This document shows positions 36,356-52,842 of a DNA stretch of 64,000 bases, piece by piece. Position 1 is the stretch's first letter, and each line of letters starts with the position of its first letter. The position numbers and the translations under genes were made by a program. The stretch comes from an uncultured Acidobacteriaceae bacterium. Its GTDB lineage: Bacteria; Acidobacteriota; Terriglobia; Terriglobales; Acidobacteriaceae. The notes under the pieces were generated by a model. It was not told the DNA's origin, did not search any database, and was given only the letters and a program-made list of their open reading frames with translations. The stretch is from positions 127,834 to 191,833 of the forward strand of contig CAWJUW010000015.1 in assembly GCA_963846095.1 (NCBI GenBank), read 5' to 3'.

Positions 36356-39300
36356 TCAGTCGCCTGCCGCTTCTTCGAGTTCCGAGCCGAGCCGATGCAG
36401 CTTCATCACGCGCCACTGCAGCCGGTCGAAGAAGAGGTAGACGACCGGCGTGGTGAAGAGCGTAAGCATCTGCGAGACGATCAGTCCGCCGACGATGGTG
36501 ATGCCGAGCGGCTTGCGCAGCTCCGAACCGACGCCCATGCCGATGGCGAGCGGCAGTCCGCCGAACAAGGCCGCCATGGTCGTCATCATGATGGGGCGGA
36601 AGCGCAGCAGGCAGGCCTGATAGATGGCTTCAACCGGCGGCAGACCCTGCTCGCGCTCGGCCTGCAGCGCGAAGTCGATCATCATGATGGCGTTCTTCTT
36701 CACGATGCCGATGAGCAGAATGATGCCGATCAGCGCGATGATGCTGAGGTCTGTGCCCGTGAGCAGCAGCGCCAGAATGGCGCCCACTCCGGCCGGCGGC
36801 AGCGTGGAGAGAATGGTGAGCGGGTGAATCAGGCTCTCGTAGAGAATGCCGAGAACGATATAAACGGCGACCAGCGCGGCCAGAATCAGATACGGCTCGT
36901 TGCGTAGCGAATCCTGAAAGGCCTGCGCCGTCCCCTGGAAGGTTGCGTGCACTGAGGCAGGCATGCCCAGCGCGGCTTGCGCTTTCTCGAGGGCGGTGAC
37001 CGCATCGCCGAGCGCCACGTTGGGCGCAAGATTGAAGGTGAGCGTGACCGCCGGGTATTGGCCCTGGTGATTGACCTGCAGCGAGGTGCGCCGCGATTCG
37101 TAGTGCGCGATGGTCGAAAGCGGAATCATCGCTCCGCCCGACGATGAAGCCGCAGCAGCCGGAGTCGTCGAGCCAGCAAGCAATGCCGCCGTCGGCGATG
37201 TAACCGCCGGAACCGTTGCCCCTGTCGCAATTGCAGGAACGACCGTGGTTGGCGCAGCCGCCGTGGCGCCTGATGCGGTTGCGTTCGGCGCCTTGATGTA
37301 GATCCCGTTCAGCGCGTCCGGCCCGAGTTGGTAGAGCGGGTCCACTTCCATGACCACGAAGTACTGATTGAGCGCCGTGTACATGGTGGAGACTTCCCGC
37401 TGGCCGAATGCATCGTAGAGCACGTTGTCGATGGCCGCAGCGGTGATGCCCAGACGCGCCGCGGTGTCGCGATCAATGACGAGGGTCGCGGAGAGGCCCT
37501 GGTCCTGCTGGTCGGTCGAAACGTCGCGCAGCTCCGGCATGGCCATCATGCGGTTGAGCAGTTGCGGCGCCCAGGTGTTGAGCTCATCGAGATTCTCATC
37601 CGACAGCGTGTACTGGTACTGCGCGGCGCTGCCACGGCCGCCGATCTGAAAGTCCTGCTGCACCTGCAGAAACGTCACTGCGCCGGGAATACCCGTGAGC
37701 TTATTGCGCAGGCGGTTGACGACATCGTCTGCGGAGACGCGGCCGGGGCGCTTATCGAGCGGCTTGAGCGCAATGAACATGCTGCCCACGTTGAAGCTGC
37801 CTCCGCCGGGACCGGAACCGCCCGCAAACGCAGTGACCGAGTGAATGGCGGGGTCTTCCAGCACCATCTGCGCGAGCATGCGCTGCTTGTCGCGCATGGC
37901 CGGAAAGCTGATGTCCTGCGCGGCCATGGTGCGACCGCCGAGCCGGCCCGTGTCCTGCTGCGGAAAGAAGCCCTTGGGCACGATCTTGAAGAGGTACGCA
38001 TTGAGCGCCACGGTGCAGAGCACGATGAAGAGCATCAGGTATTGATGGCGCAGCACCCAGCGCAGGCCGTGCGCATACTCGGCGTGCAGCCATTGGAACG
38101 CCCGCTCCGTGGCGCGATAGATGCGCCCGTGCCGATGCGCATTGCGCGACTTGAGAAACTGCGCGCAGAGCATCGGCGTGGTGGTGAGCGAAACCAGCAG
38201 CGATGTGGCAATGGCGACCGAGAGCGTGACCGCGAATTCGCGGAAGAGCTTCCCGACCAGTCCGCCCATGAGCAGGATGGGGATGAAGACCGCGATCAGC
38301 GAGGTGCTCATGGAGAGCACGGTAAAGCTGATCTCGCGCGAGCCTTTCATCGCCGCTTCGAACGGGCTCATGCCCATCTCGAGATAGCGGGTAATGTTCT
38401 CGATGACCACGATCGCGTCGTCGACCACGAAGCCGGTAGAGATGGTGAGCGCCATCAGCGAGAGGTTATCGATGGTGTAGCCCACCATGTACATCACGCC
38501 GAACGTGCCCACCAGCGAAAGCGGCACGGCGATCGAGGGAATGATGGTGGCCCAGATCTCGCGCAGGAAGAGAAACACCACAAAGACGACGAGGAGGACG
38601 CTGATGAGCAGCGAGATCTCGACGTCGTGCACGCTGGAGCGGATGGTCGTGGTGCGGTCGACTTCCACGTCGAGCTGGATGGTGGGCGGAATCGCGGCCT
38701 GCAGGCGCGGCAATTCCGCCATCACCGCATCGACCGTGGAGATCACGTTGGCGCCCGGCGTTTTGAAAACGATGATGAGGATCGCGTCTTTGAGCTTCGA
38801 CGGCGGTCCGACATCGGGATTGGTGCCCGAGACCCCGGTGGTGTGAATGTCGGCAACGCCGTCGACGACTTTCCCAAGATCGGCGAGCCGTACCGGCGCG
38901 CCTGTCTGCTGGTTGTAGCCGGCGATGATCGGCGCATAGTCGCGCGCTTTGAAGATCTGATCGTTGTCGTCGATCTGCCAGCGATGCATGCCGTCTTGAA
39001 ATGCGCCTTTGGGCCGGTTGGCATTGGCTGCGCCGAGCGCGGTGCGCACTGCCTCAAGACCAATCCCGTTCGAACCAAGCTGCATGGGGTTGACTTCGAC
39101 GCGCACGGCGGGCTGCGCGCTGCCGCCGACAAAGCAGTTGCCGACGCCCTGAATCTGCGAGATCTTCTGCGCCAGGATCGAGTCGGCGATGTCGTAGATC
39201 TGCGGCTTGGAGAGCACGTCGGAGGTGAGCGACGAGAATCAGGATCGGCGCTTCGGCCGGGTTGGCCTTGCGGTACCACGGGTTCTCCGGCAGATTCGCA

Positions 39301-39659
39301 GGGAGCTGATTGCGCGCGGCATTGATTGAGGCCTGCACATCGCGCGCGGCAGCGTCGATGTTGCGATCGACGTCGAATTGCAGAGTCAGCGAAGTCGAGC
39401 CAAGAGAGCTCGAGGAGGTCATCTGGTTCACGCCGGCGATGCGGCCGAACTGGCGTTCCAGCGGCGTGGCGACGGCGGAAGCCATCGTCGCGGGGCTCGC
39501 GCCCGGCAGACCTGCACTGACGCCGACAACGGGAAAGTCCACGTTCGGGAGCGAGGCCACCGGCAAATTGGAATAGGCCACCGAGCCGGCCATGAGCAGG
39601 GCCAGGGAGAGAAGCGTGGTGGCGACAGGGCGCCGGATGAAGAGCGCGGAAATGTGCAT
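36356..39659 (-). CDS. mdtC: RND multidrug permease MdtC-like (apparent frameshift ~39230)
   Basis: [65 protein letters not shown]; third gene of an MFP-RND-RND operon. Confidence 0.88.
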
Positions 39660-39667
39660 AGTAGATG

Positions 39668-39895
39668 CAGCTATCAGCTGTCAGCTTTCAGCTCTCAGCC
39701 TGGTATTGCTGCCTGATGAATCTGTTGGAACTGCTTTGAAAACAGCTTTCAGCTTTTAGCTGTCAGCTTTCAGCCTGGTATTGCTGCCTGATGAGTCTGC
39801 TGCGTCGCTTTGAAAAAGCTTCCTGGAGATCTCTGATGCTTGAGGTTGCGATGACTAGCTGAGAGCTCAAAGCTGACAGCTGACAGCTAAAAGCT
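39668..39895. repeat. Intercistronic heptamer (CAGCTNT)n arrays with a 75-bp-period duplication and an inverted array
   Basis: CAGCTAT CAGCTGT CAGCTTT CAGCTCT at 39668; exact 25-mer TCAGCCTGGTATTGCTGCCTGATGA at 39695 and 39770; reverse-oriented array (GACAGCT...) at 39857-39895. Confidence 0.9.
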
Positions 39896-42800
39896 CACCG
39901 CTTCTGGTTCATAGCTTTCACGAACAGCTTTCGGTTTCATGCGCGTTGCCAGCTTGTCGAAGTAGAGGTAGACCACGGGAATCGTGTACAGCGTTAGCAA
40001 TTGCGACAGCAAAAGGCCGCCGACAATCGTGATGCCCAGCGGCTTGCGCAGCTCAGCGCCCACGCCACCGCCGAGCGCCAGCGGCAGACCGCCAAGCAGC
40101 GCGGCCATCGTCGTCATGATGATGGGGCGGAAACGCAGCAGGCATGCCTGGAAGATCGCGTCTTCGGCGCAGCTTGCCTTCCGTACGTTCGGCCTGGAGT
40201 GCGAAGTCGATGAGCATGATCGCGTTCTTCTGCACAATGCCGATGAGCAGGATGATCCCGATGAGCGCAATGACAGAAAAATCGATGCGCGTAATCATCA
40301 GTGCAAGCAATGCGCCCACGCCTGCCGACGGTAGCGACGAGATGATCGTGATGGGGTGGATGTAGCTCTCGTACAAAACGCCGAGCACGATGTAGACCGT
40401 CACCAGCGCGGCGAGAATCAGAATCGGCTCATTGGCGAGCGAAGTTTGAAATGCAGCGGCCGTGCCTTGGAAACTGGCGTTGATCGCCTTCGGCATCTGG
40501 ATGCGCTGTTCAATGGTGTTCACCGCATTCACGGCGTCGCCCAGCGCTTTGCCGGGCGCGAGATTGAAGCTGATGACCGTGGAGGGGAACTGTCCCTGGT
40601 GGCCGATGGCGAGTTGCGCGCGCGTCTGCTCCCAATGCGCGAGCATGCTCAGCGGAACCTGCGTTCCATTCGACGATTTCACGAAGAGATTGTTCAGCGT
40701 CCCGGGATCGGTCTGGAAGTTCTGCCCCACTTCCATCACCACGTGGTACTGGTTGAGCTGCGTAAAGATCGTGGAAACCTGGCGCTGGCCGAAGGCGTCG
40801 TAGAGGGTGTTGTCCACGTCGGCCATGGCGATGCCCAGGCGCGCGGCGGTGTCGCGATCGATCACGAGCTTCGCGCCCAGGCCCTGGTCCTGCAGATCGC
40901 TGGCTACATCGGTCACGACTTTTTCGTGGCTCAGTTCTTCAACCATCTTGCGGGTGTAGGTGGCCAGCTCTGCCTGATTGGGATCTTCGAGTGAGTACTG
41001 AAACTCGGTCCGGCTGACGCGGTCTTCGACGGTCAGATCCTGCAACGGCTGCAGGAAGAGCTGAATGCCTTCAACGTGCGCGACCCGCGGCATGCATGCG
41101 GCGAATCACTTCGGTTGCGGAGATGCCGCGCTCATCGAGCGGCTTGAGATTGATCTGGATGCGGCCGGAGTTGAGCGTGGTGTTGGTTCCGTCGACACCG
41201 ATGAACGACGAGACGTTGTCGACCGCGGGATCCTGCAGGAGAATGTCGACCAGTTGCTGCTGGCGCTGCGCCATGCTCGTGAAGCTGACCGTCTGCGGCG
41301 CTTCGGAGATGCCGAGAATCACGCCCGTATCCTGCACCGGGAAGAAGCCCTTGGGCACAACGATGAAGAGCAGCACCGTCGCCACAAATGTGGAGATGGT
41401 GACCAGCAGCGTGATGAAGCGATAGCGCAGGACGACCCTGCAGCGTGCGCCCATAGGCGGCGATGATCGAATTGAAGACGTTCTCAGACCAGTGATAGAA
41501 GCGCGTCTGCCGCGCGGTCGCCTTGTCTTGCAGAATGCGCGAGCACATCATGGGCGTAAGCGTGAGCGAAACGAACGCCGAGACCAGAATGGTGACGGCG
41601 AGCGTGATGGCGAACTCGCGGAAGAGGCGCCCGACCACATCGCTCATGAAGAGCAGCGGAATGAGCACGGCGATCAGCGAGATGGTCAGCGACATGATGG
41701 TGAAGCCGATCTGCTCGCTGCCCTTGAGCGCGGCGCGCATGGGGCTCATCGCCTTCTTCAATGAAGCGCGAGATGTTCTCGATCATCACGATGGCGTCGT
41801 CGACAACGAAGCCCGTGGAGATGGTGAGCGCCATGAGCGTGAGGTTGTTGAGCGAGTAGCCCAGCAGGTACATCACGCCGAATGTGCCCACGATCGAGAG
41901 CGGCACAGCGACGGACGGAATGATGGTCGCGGCAAGGTTGCGCAGGAAGAGGAAGATGACCATCACCACCAGAGCAACGGTCAGCATCAGCTCGAATTCG
42001 ACGTCTTTTACCGAGGCGCGAATGGTGATGGTGCGGTCGGTAAGAACCTTCACCTTGATCGCCGCGGGCAGGCTCGACTGCAAGCTGCGGCAACAGCTTC
42101 TTGATGCGGTCGACGACGGCGATGATGTTGGCGCCGGGCTGGCGCTGAATGTTGACGATGACCGCAGGCTGGCGGTCCATCCATGCGGCCTGCTGCGAAT
42201 TCTCCGCCGCATCCACGATCGTCGCAACATCCGAAGCGCGGACGGCGGCGCCGTTGCGATAGGCGACGATGACCGGCTTGTAGTCGTTGCTGGAGAGAAG
42301 CTGGTCGTTGGCGTCGATGGTGAACGACTGGCGCACGCCGTTCAGCGTGCCCTTGGCCTGGTCGACGTTCGCCGCGGCAACGGCCGTGCGCAGATCTTCA
42401 AGGCTCAGGTTGTAGGCCGCAAGCTGCGCGGGATTCGCCTGGATGCGCACCGAGGGCTTTTGTCCGCCCGCGATCGAAACCAGGCCCAACGCCCGTGACC
42501 TGCGAGATCTTCTGCGCCAGGTTGGTGTCGGCGGCGTCTTCGATCTTGTCGAGCGGCAACGAATCGGAGGTCAGCGCCAGCGTCATGATGGGCGCGTCGG
42601 CCGGATTGACCTTGCTGTAGATGGGAGGGTTCGGCAGGTCAGTCGGCAGAAAGCTGTTGGCCGCGTTGATGGACGCCTGCACTTCCTGCTCGGCGACGTC
42701 GATGTTCTCGTCGAGGTTGAACTCGAGCGTGATGACCGACCCGCCGCCGGAGCTGACCGACGTCATCTGCTTCAAGCCGGGCATCTCGCCAAAATCGCGC

Positions 42801-43009
42801 TCGAGCGGCGCAGTCACTGCGGAGGCCATCACCTCCGGCCCGGCGCCGGGGTAAAACGTCAGCACCTGGATGATCGGGTAGTCGACCTCGGGCAGAGCCG
42901 AGACGGGCAGCTGCCGGAAGCCGATAAACCCCGTGAGCATGATCGCCACCATCAGCAGCGAGGTAGCCACCGGGCGCAGAATGAACGGCCGGGATGGGCT
43001 CAGGCTCAC
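39887..43009 (-). CDS. mdtB: RND multidrug permease MdtB-like (several apparent +1 errors)
   Basis: GTG start [57 protein letters not shown], spread over consecutive ORF pieces. Confidence 0.88.
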
Positions 43010-44314
43010 GACTGTGGCCTTGTTGCCGGCTGCGGCGGAGCTGACACCGGCGGGCGTTGTGGGGGTGGCCGCCGGCACAGCAGGCGGCTGATGCGTCAAC
43101 GTCGCAATGATGGACTGACCGTTATGCAAGCGGTCGGCGCCGTCGACCACCACTCTCTGCCCTGGCTGCACACCGCTGTCGATGATGGTGTTCTGGCCTT
43201 CGGTCAGAGCAATCTTCACGGGCTGAATGCGCGCCGTGGCTGAGCCGCCGGTTCCCGCCGAATCGCTTACCCAGACAAACGACCCTTGAATCCCGCTCTG
43301 AATTGCGGCCGAGGGAACGACCAGCGCGCGCGGACGATCTTCCAGCACGAGGTGAATGTTGACGAACTGGTTGGGGAACAGCGACTGGTCGCGATTCTCG
43401 AAGACGGCCTTCAGTTTTTCTGTGCCGGTGGTCGTGTCGATCTGGTTATCGCCGGTAAGCAGGTAGCCGCTGGCCAGCTTCGTGGTGTCGTTGCGGTCGT
43501 AGGCGTCCACGAGCAGCCGACGGTCCGCGGCTAACTGGCGCATGACAGAAGGCAGCTGATTCTCAGGCAGTGTGAAGTACACCGCGATGGGCTGGAATTG
43601 GTTGATGATCACCAGATTGGTTGTGTTGGCGGTGATTACGTTTCCAGGGTCAACGAGGCGCAGCCCGATGCGGCCGTTAATCGGCGATTGGATCGAACAC
43701 CAGTCGAGTTGCAATTGCGCCGTCTCGATGGCAGCCTTGTCGGCGGCAATCGCGCCCTGATACTGGCCCTGCGCGGCTTCGTCGGCATCGAGGGTTTCCT
43801 TCGAAACCACTCCCGCGGCAAACAGCGATTGATAGCGGGCGTACTCGGCCTGCGCGTTTTTGAGCAGCGCTTCATCATGCAGCAGATTGCCCTTGGCCTG
43901 GTCGAGCGCCGCCTGATAGGGCTTGGGGTCGATGACCATGATGGTCTGGCCCTGGCGTACCTGTTGACCCTCGGTGAACTTCACGGGCAGCAGTTCGCCG
44001 CTGACGCGCGCCTTCACCGTCACACTCATATAGGGTGTGACGGTGCCGAGCGCGGTCAAGTAAACCGGCATCGGCTTTTGCTCAACCTCGGAAACCTGCA
44101 CAGGAATCGGCTGGCTGGCAAGCGCCGCCGCCTGGTCGGCGCTGAACTGCGCGCTGATCTGCTGATTCTTATGAATACGCCATACAACAAATCCGAGTCC
44201 GCATACCAGGACAAAGTACACAAGGAGGCGGACCCACGATCCGCCGCGTGCCTTGGGCTTCTCTGGAGGTTCGGTTATCGGCAGTTGTGGTTCCTGAGCA
44301 GTTTCACTGAGCAT
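43006..44314 (-). CDS. mdtA: RND periplasmic adaptor MdtA-like
   Basis: TM anchor, [47 protein letters not shown]. The probable true stop is the TGA overlapping the mdtB GTG. Confidence 0.88.
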
Positions 44315-44738
44315 GGTTGCATTTTCCCGATCGAATTTTGTTTGATGCCGCTCGAGGGTGAGCTCGCGGCAGGGCTCGAAACAGCCCGGATGGAAGACAC
44401 TTAGCTGCTACTACCGACGAACGGGTTCGAGTGGAAGTTTCGTCCTCGAAGACAAGCCCGCGCAGTCACAGCTCAACGCACTTTGCATCTTTTCGCCCGC
44501 CAGAACGTCCAAAGAAGGTGCAGGGATACCGATTTTGTTCGGACTTCGTATTCTATCCTTGTAAGGGCAGGACGCGTAGCAATTTTCATCTATCCTATTA
44601 CTTCACATGCTGATTCAACCGGGCCGCGAGTCTGCCCTCAGACTCTGTAGCCCGATTGGGCCGGTAAGCCGGCACGACACTGAGGCTTCCTCCAGCCCGA
44701 GGGAGCGGCCAACCGACTCAGGAGCGAGAACTTACCCT

Positions 44739-48045
<3,307 letters not shown>

Positions 48046-48049
<4 letters not shown>

Positions 48050-49294
48050 GCAACTGAAAACGAGCGCAATACAAGCCAAGCCTCAGCGCCTGGTCATAGC
48101 GGCGGACACGACACGGAGACCGCGCCGGAACAGAAGCCGCTTCGCGGGCGCACAGCGATCGTCGGCATCGTGATCATCCTGATAGTGCTGTGCGTGCTGG
48201 CGGCCTGGGGATTATTCAGCCGCAGGCATGCCAGAATGAGGTGCTCGCAGACCGCACCAACGAACTGGCCGCGCCTTCGGTGATTGCCGAGGTGCCTAAA
48301 CAGGGCGCGCCCAGCGACAGCATTCATTCTCCCCGGCAACGTGACTGCCTTCACCGATTCGCCGATCTATGCCCGCACCTCCGGCTACCTGACCAAGTGG
48401 TACTTCGATATCGGGGCGCGCGTGAAGAAGGGCGATCTGCTGGCGGAGATCTCCACTCCCGAACTCGACCAGCAACTGGCGCAGGCCCAGGCGGATCTTG
48501 GTGACCGCCCAATCCAGCGCCGGCAACGCCAAGATCCAGGCCGACCGCTACACCGGACTCGTCAGCTCCGATGCCGTCTCGCGGCAGGACACGGAAACCT
48601 TCGTCACCCAGGCCGCGACAACCTCATCCGCCGTGAAATCGGCCGAGGCCAATGTGCAGCGCATCAAGGAACTGCAATCGTTCGAAAAAGTGTATGCGCC
48701 CTTCGACGGCGTCGTGACCGCCCGCAACGTCGACACCGGCCAGCTGATCACGGAAGGCTCGGCCTCGCGAGCTGTTTCACATGCAGGCGCTCGCATACGC
48801 TGCGCGTCTACGCCAACGTTCCGCAGATCTATTCCGGCAACATGAAGCGCGGATCGAAGATCGATCTGACCTTCGTCGAGCATCCCGGCAAGACCTACCA
48901 GGGAACGCTGGTCGCGCACAGCCGATGCAATCGATCCCGTGAGCCGCACACTTGCTTGTGGAAGTCGATGTGGACAACCGCAGCGGAGAGTTGCTGCCGG
49001 GTTCGCTGGCACAGGTCCATTTCAAAACGCCGATCACCAACCCGACATTCATCGTGCCTTCGGCTGCGCTCATCTTCCGCCGCGAGGGATTGCGGCTTGG
49101 ACCGTTGTGAATGGTGACAAGGCGCATCTGGTGCCAGTCAGCCATCGGTGAGGACGACGGCGCGACAGTGCAGATTGTCAGCGGACTCAACGCCGGAGAC
49201 AAGGTGATTCAGGATCCGCCCGACTCGCTCATCGAAGGCGAGAAGGTTCACGTCGAGAATGCCAGCAAGAGCGACGCCGGCAGGAGGCAAGTAG
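48046..49294 (+). CDS. RND periplasmic adaptor subunit (multiple apparent +1 errors)
   Basis: [57 protein letters not shown]; ATGA overlap with the permease. Confidence 0.88.
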
Positions 49295-49296
49295 GA

Positions 49297-50803
49297 ATGG
49301 ACTTTGCGCAAGCAAGCAATCCGCAAGCCTGCCGGTCGTTGTCGCGTGCGCGTCGGCGCGTCGCTGGCGCTGGGCTTCCTCGCGGGCTGCAAGCCGGTCG
49401 GGCCGAACTACACGCGCCCCAGCTACACCGCGCCGCCGGTCTACAAAGAGGCAGGCGCATCGCTGCAGTTGTGGCGCCGCCGCCCAATCCGCCCGGCGGT
49501 GGATGGCAGACCGCCAATCCTTCCGATGGAATGCTCAAGGGCAAGTGGTGGGAGGTCTACCAAGACCCGCAACTCAACCAGCTGGAAGAACGCATCGCCA
49601 CTTACAACCAAGGTCTGCGCCAGGCCTACGAGACCTATCTCGCCGCGCAGGACCAGGCGCGCTCAGCACGTTCGGCGCTGTTCCCAACGCTATCTGCCGG
49701 CCCGTCCGTTGACGCACGACAAGGTCTCGCAACACCATCCGCTCACATCGCCCGGCACCGACATCAACTACAACGACCTGATTCTTTCCGGCGGCGGCAG
49801 CTGGGAGCCCGACTTCTGGGGACGCATCCGCCGCACCGTGGAGGCTGCGCACGAGAACGCGCAGGCCAGCGCTGCGGACATGGCCAACATGAATTTGAGC
49901 CTGCAAGCGACCATGGCCTCCGACTACTTCCAACTGCGCGGACTGGACGCACAAACGAAGCTGCTGCAGGAAACCATCAAGGTTCTCGAAGGCCAGCTCG
50001 ACCTGACGCAGCGCCGGTTGAAGGGCGGCGTTGCCACCGAAGTCGATGTGGCCCAGGCGCAGACGCAGCTGGAAACAACCCGTGCGCAGCTTGTGGATGT
50101 GGGCGTAGCGCGCGCGCAGTATGAGCATGCCGTCGGCACCATCGCCGACTACAAGCTGCCCACCTTCAGCATTCCGTTCTCGCCGCTCGATCTCGATCTG
50201 CCCAAGATTCCGCTCGGTGTACCTTCGCAGTTGCTCGAGCGTCGACCCGACATCGCCGCCGCCGAGCGCCGCACGGCCGCTGCCAACGAGCAGATCGGCA
50301 TCGCCGTCAGCGCGTTCTATCCCACCATCAACCTCACCGGCCAGGGCGGATTTGAAAGCACCCACATCGGCACCTGGATCCAGGGCCCCAGCGCACTGTG
50401 GTCGCTGGGGGCGCAGGCGACCCAACTGCTGTTTGACGCCGGCCAGCGCCGCGCACTCACCGAACAGGCCAGGCACTCCTACGAGGCGCAGGTTTCCAGC
50501 TACAAAGGCGTCATCTTCCTCGCCTTCGAAGATGTGGAGGATCAGCTCTCCGGTCTGCGCATTCTGGAGCAGGAGTCAACCGTGGAAGAAAAAGCCGTTG
50601 GCTCGGCGCAGCACTCCTACAATGTCTCAAGCCAGCGCTACAAAGGCGGCGTGACCAGCTACCTTGAAGTGCTCACGGCTGAAGCCACACTCATTCAAAA
50701 TCAGCGCACGGCCATCGATCTGAAGACGCGCCAGTTTGTCGACAGCGTTGGGCTCATCAAGTCGCTCGGCGGCGGTTGGGATTCTTCGCAGCTGCCGAAA
50801 TAG
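49297..50803 (+). CDS. Outer-membrane efflux lipoprotein (NodT/OprM family; apparent frameshifts)
   Basis: Lipobox LAGC-KPVGPNY.RP, WWEVYQDPQL, SWEPDFWGRIR, PSQLLERRPDIAAAER, SLGGGW. Confidence 0.92.
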
Positions 50804-50852
50804 GGGTTTCAAGCCGGAATCGCTGTCGCGTAAGAAGCCGAGCAGATCGAAA

Positions 50853-51601
50853 CTAGATCCCTTCGCCCATGGAGACGTACTCGCGCAGCCGCTGGAGTTC
50901 GGCGCGATAAGCGTTGCGTTCGGCTTCCTCTGCGGCGAAGGGCTCGGCCGCATGAGACGGCGGGACCCCGTCGACACACAGGCACTTCTCCAGCTCTTCC
51001 ACGCGCGCAGAGAGCGCAATCAACGCGTCGGAGAGCGGGTCCTTCACGTCGTGCGGATCGGTGATGAGCACGCGCTCCCCATTGCGGTAAACAATATGCG
51101 CGGGCACTCCGACAACGGTCGAGTTGGGCGGGCACATCGGACAGCACCACGGAACCTGCGCCCACGCGCGAGTTTTCGCCCACGGTAATGTTGCCCAGGA
51201 TATTCGCGTTGTTGCCGATGAAGACGCCATCGCAGATCGTCGGATGCCGTTTGCCGTGGCCTTTTCCGGTTCCGCCGAGCGTGACGCCCTGGTAGATGGT
51301 CACATCGCTGCCCACGATCGCGGTTTCGCCAATCACCACGCCTGTTGCATGGTCGATAAAAAGCCGCCGCCCCAGCAGCGCGCCGGGATGGATATCAACG
51401 CCGGTATAGAAGCGCGCGACCTGCGAGAGGATGCGCGCCGGCAGGCGTAACTTCGCCTTCCAGAGCCCATGCGACACTCGATGAATCCAGACCGCCCAAA
51501 GCCCTGGATAGCAGAGCAAGAACTTCAAGCCGCGAACGCGCAGCCGGATCGCGCTCCATTACGGAGTGGATGTCTTCGCGAACGCGTGCAAACAAAGCCA
51601 T
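50853..51601 (-). CDS. cysE: Serine O-acetyltransferase (two apparent +1 errors)
   Basis: ERDPAARS, TGVDIHPGA, FIDHATGVVIGET, GVTLGGTGK..GKRHPT, STVVGVPA; directly downstream of cysK. Confidence 0.93.
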
Positions 51602-51616
51602 AGGCGAACAAGCAGG

Positions 51617-51700
51617 AGCTGTCAGCTTTCAGCCTTCAGCTGGATGAAGGGACTCGAAACTCCTCCCATCCTCGCATCCGCGATAGGAGCGAGAATGGGA
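51617..51700. repeat. Heptamer array plus REP-like hairpin between cysK and cysE
   Basis: AGCTGT CAGCTTT CAGCCTT CAGCT, then TCCCAT-c-CTCGC...GCGAG-a-ATGGGA (51664-51700). Confidence 0.65.
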
Positions 51701-51713
51701 CCGATCCGCATCG

Positions 51714-52688
51714 CTAAACAGTAACGGCCTCAGTCGGCAACGCCAGCGCCTTCTGCCGCAGCGCATCGAACAGCACGCTCGACAGATAGCGCTCGCCAAA
51801 GTCGGGCAGCATCACCACGATGAGCTTGCCCTCGTTCTCCGGTCGGGCCGCAACCTTCAACGCCGCCGACACCGCCGCACCGGAGGAGATGCCCACGAAC
51901 AGTCCCTCTTCCAGGGGCAGCTGCCGCGCCGCCGCGATGGACTCATCGTTGGTGACCTGCACGATTTCGTCAATGAGACTCACGTCGAGAACGCTGGGAA
52001 CAAACCCGGCGCCAATGCCCTGAATCTTGTGCGGGCCCGGCTTGCCGCCGGAAAGCACCGGGCTGTCTGCCGGCTCAACCGCAATCGCCTTGAACTCCGG
52101 CTTGCGCTCCTTGATGTACCGCGCCACGCCGGTGATCGTGCCGCCCGTTCCGACACCGGAAATCAGGATGTCGACTTTGCCGTCGGTGTCTTCCCAGATC
52201 TCGGGGCCGGTCGTGGCGTAGTGAATCGCCGGGTTGGCCGGATTGTCGAACTGCTGCAGGATGAATCCGTTCGGCGTCTTGGCCAGAATCTCGTTCGCCT
52301 TGGCGATCGCGCCCTTCATCCCGTTCGGTCCGGGCGTCAGCACGATCTCCGCGCCAAAGGCCAGCAGCACCACGCGGCGCTCCAGGCTCATGGTCTCCGG
52401 CAGCGTCAGGATGAGCTTGTAGCCCTTGGCAGCGGCCACAAATGCCAGCGCAATGCCGGTGTTGCCGCTGGTGGGCTCAATCAGAATCGTCTCGCCGGGC
52501 GTGATCTTGCCGGCCTTCTCGGCGGCTTCAATCATGGCGAGGCCAATGCGGTCCTTCACGCTGGACAGCGGGTTTTGGCTTTCCAGCTTGGCGACCACAG
52601 TGCCGGGCAGGCCGGCGGCAACACGATTCAGCCGCACCAGCGGGGTGCGGCCAATGATCTCAGTTACATCCGCGGCAATACGCGCCAT
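51714..52688 (-). CDS. cysK: Cysteine synthase A
   Basis: [48 protein letters not shown]; AAGGAG RBS. Confidence 0.97.
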   Translation of the reverse strand: MARIAADVTEIIGRTPLVRLNRVAAGLPGTVVAKLESQNPLSSVKDRIGLAMIEAAEKAGKITPGETILIEPTSGNTGIALAFVAAAKGYKLILTLPETMSLERRVVLLAFGAEIVLTPGPNGMKGAIAKANEILAKTPNGFILQQFDNPANPAIHYATTGPEIWEDTDGKVDILISGVGTGGTITGVARYIKERKPEFKAIAVEPADSPVLSGGKPGPHKIQGIGAGFVPSVLDVSLIDEIVQVTNDESIAAARQLPLEEGLFVGISSGAAVSAALKVAARPENEGKLIVVMLPDFGERYLSSVLFDALRQKALALPTEAVTV

Positions 52689-52818
52689 GATGAATCTCCT
52701 TCGTGGGGTAGAGTACCCCGGTCGTTGAATTGGATGTGTCTCTTGGGCTTGTGCTGCTCAGATTTTGAGAACGGGGGCGCGCAAACGCACGTCCGCGTCG
52801 GGCTTCACCGGAACGGTG

Positions 52819-52836
52819 CTAGCGACATCGACGCAT
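52819..52836 (-). CDS. Candidate leaderless uORF MRRCR* in the cysK leader
   Basis: ATG CGT CGA TGT CGC TAG, 6 nt after a -10-like TAGGCT. Translation is inferred. Confidence 0.35.
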   Translation of the reverse strand: MRRCR

Positions 52837-52842
52837 GTGAGT

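Noticed and set aside
39668-39895. Mini-CRISPR array
   Set aside because: There are only two repeat copies, the intervening sequences resemble each other and are made of heptamers, and there are no cas genes.
42398-44314. Apparent MdtA-MdtB fusion ORF (638 aa)
   Set aside because: Removing one base near AAGGCCACAGTCGTGA gives ...KPQS* with the usual GTGA overlap onto mdtB. This fits the +1 error pattern.
49111-50124. Apparent adaptor/outer-membrane-factor hybrid ORF
   Set aside because: It is a mosaic of frames created by indels; both parents are ordinary genes.
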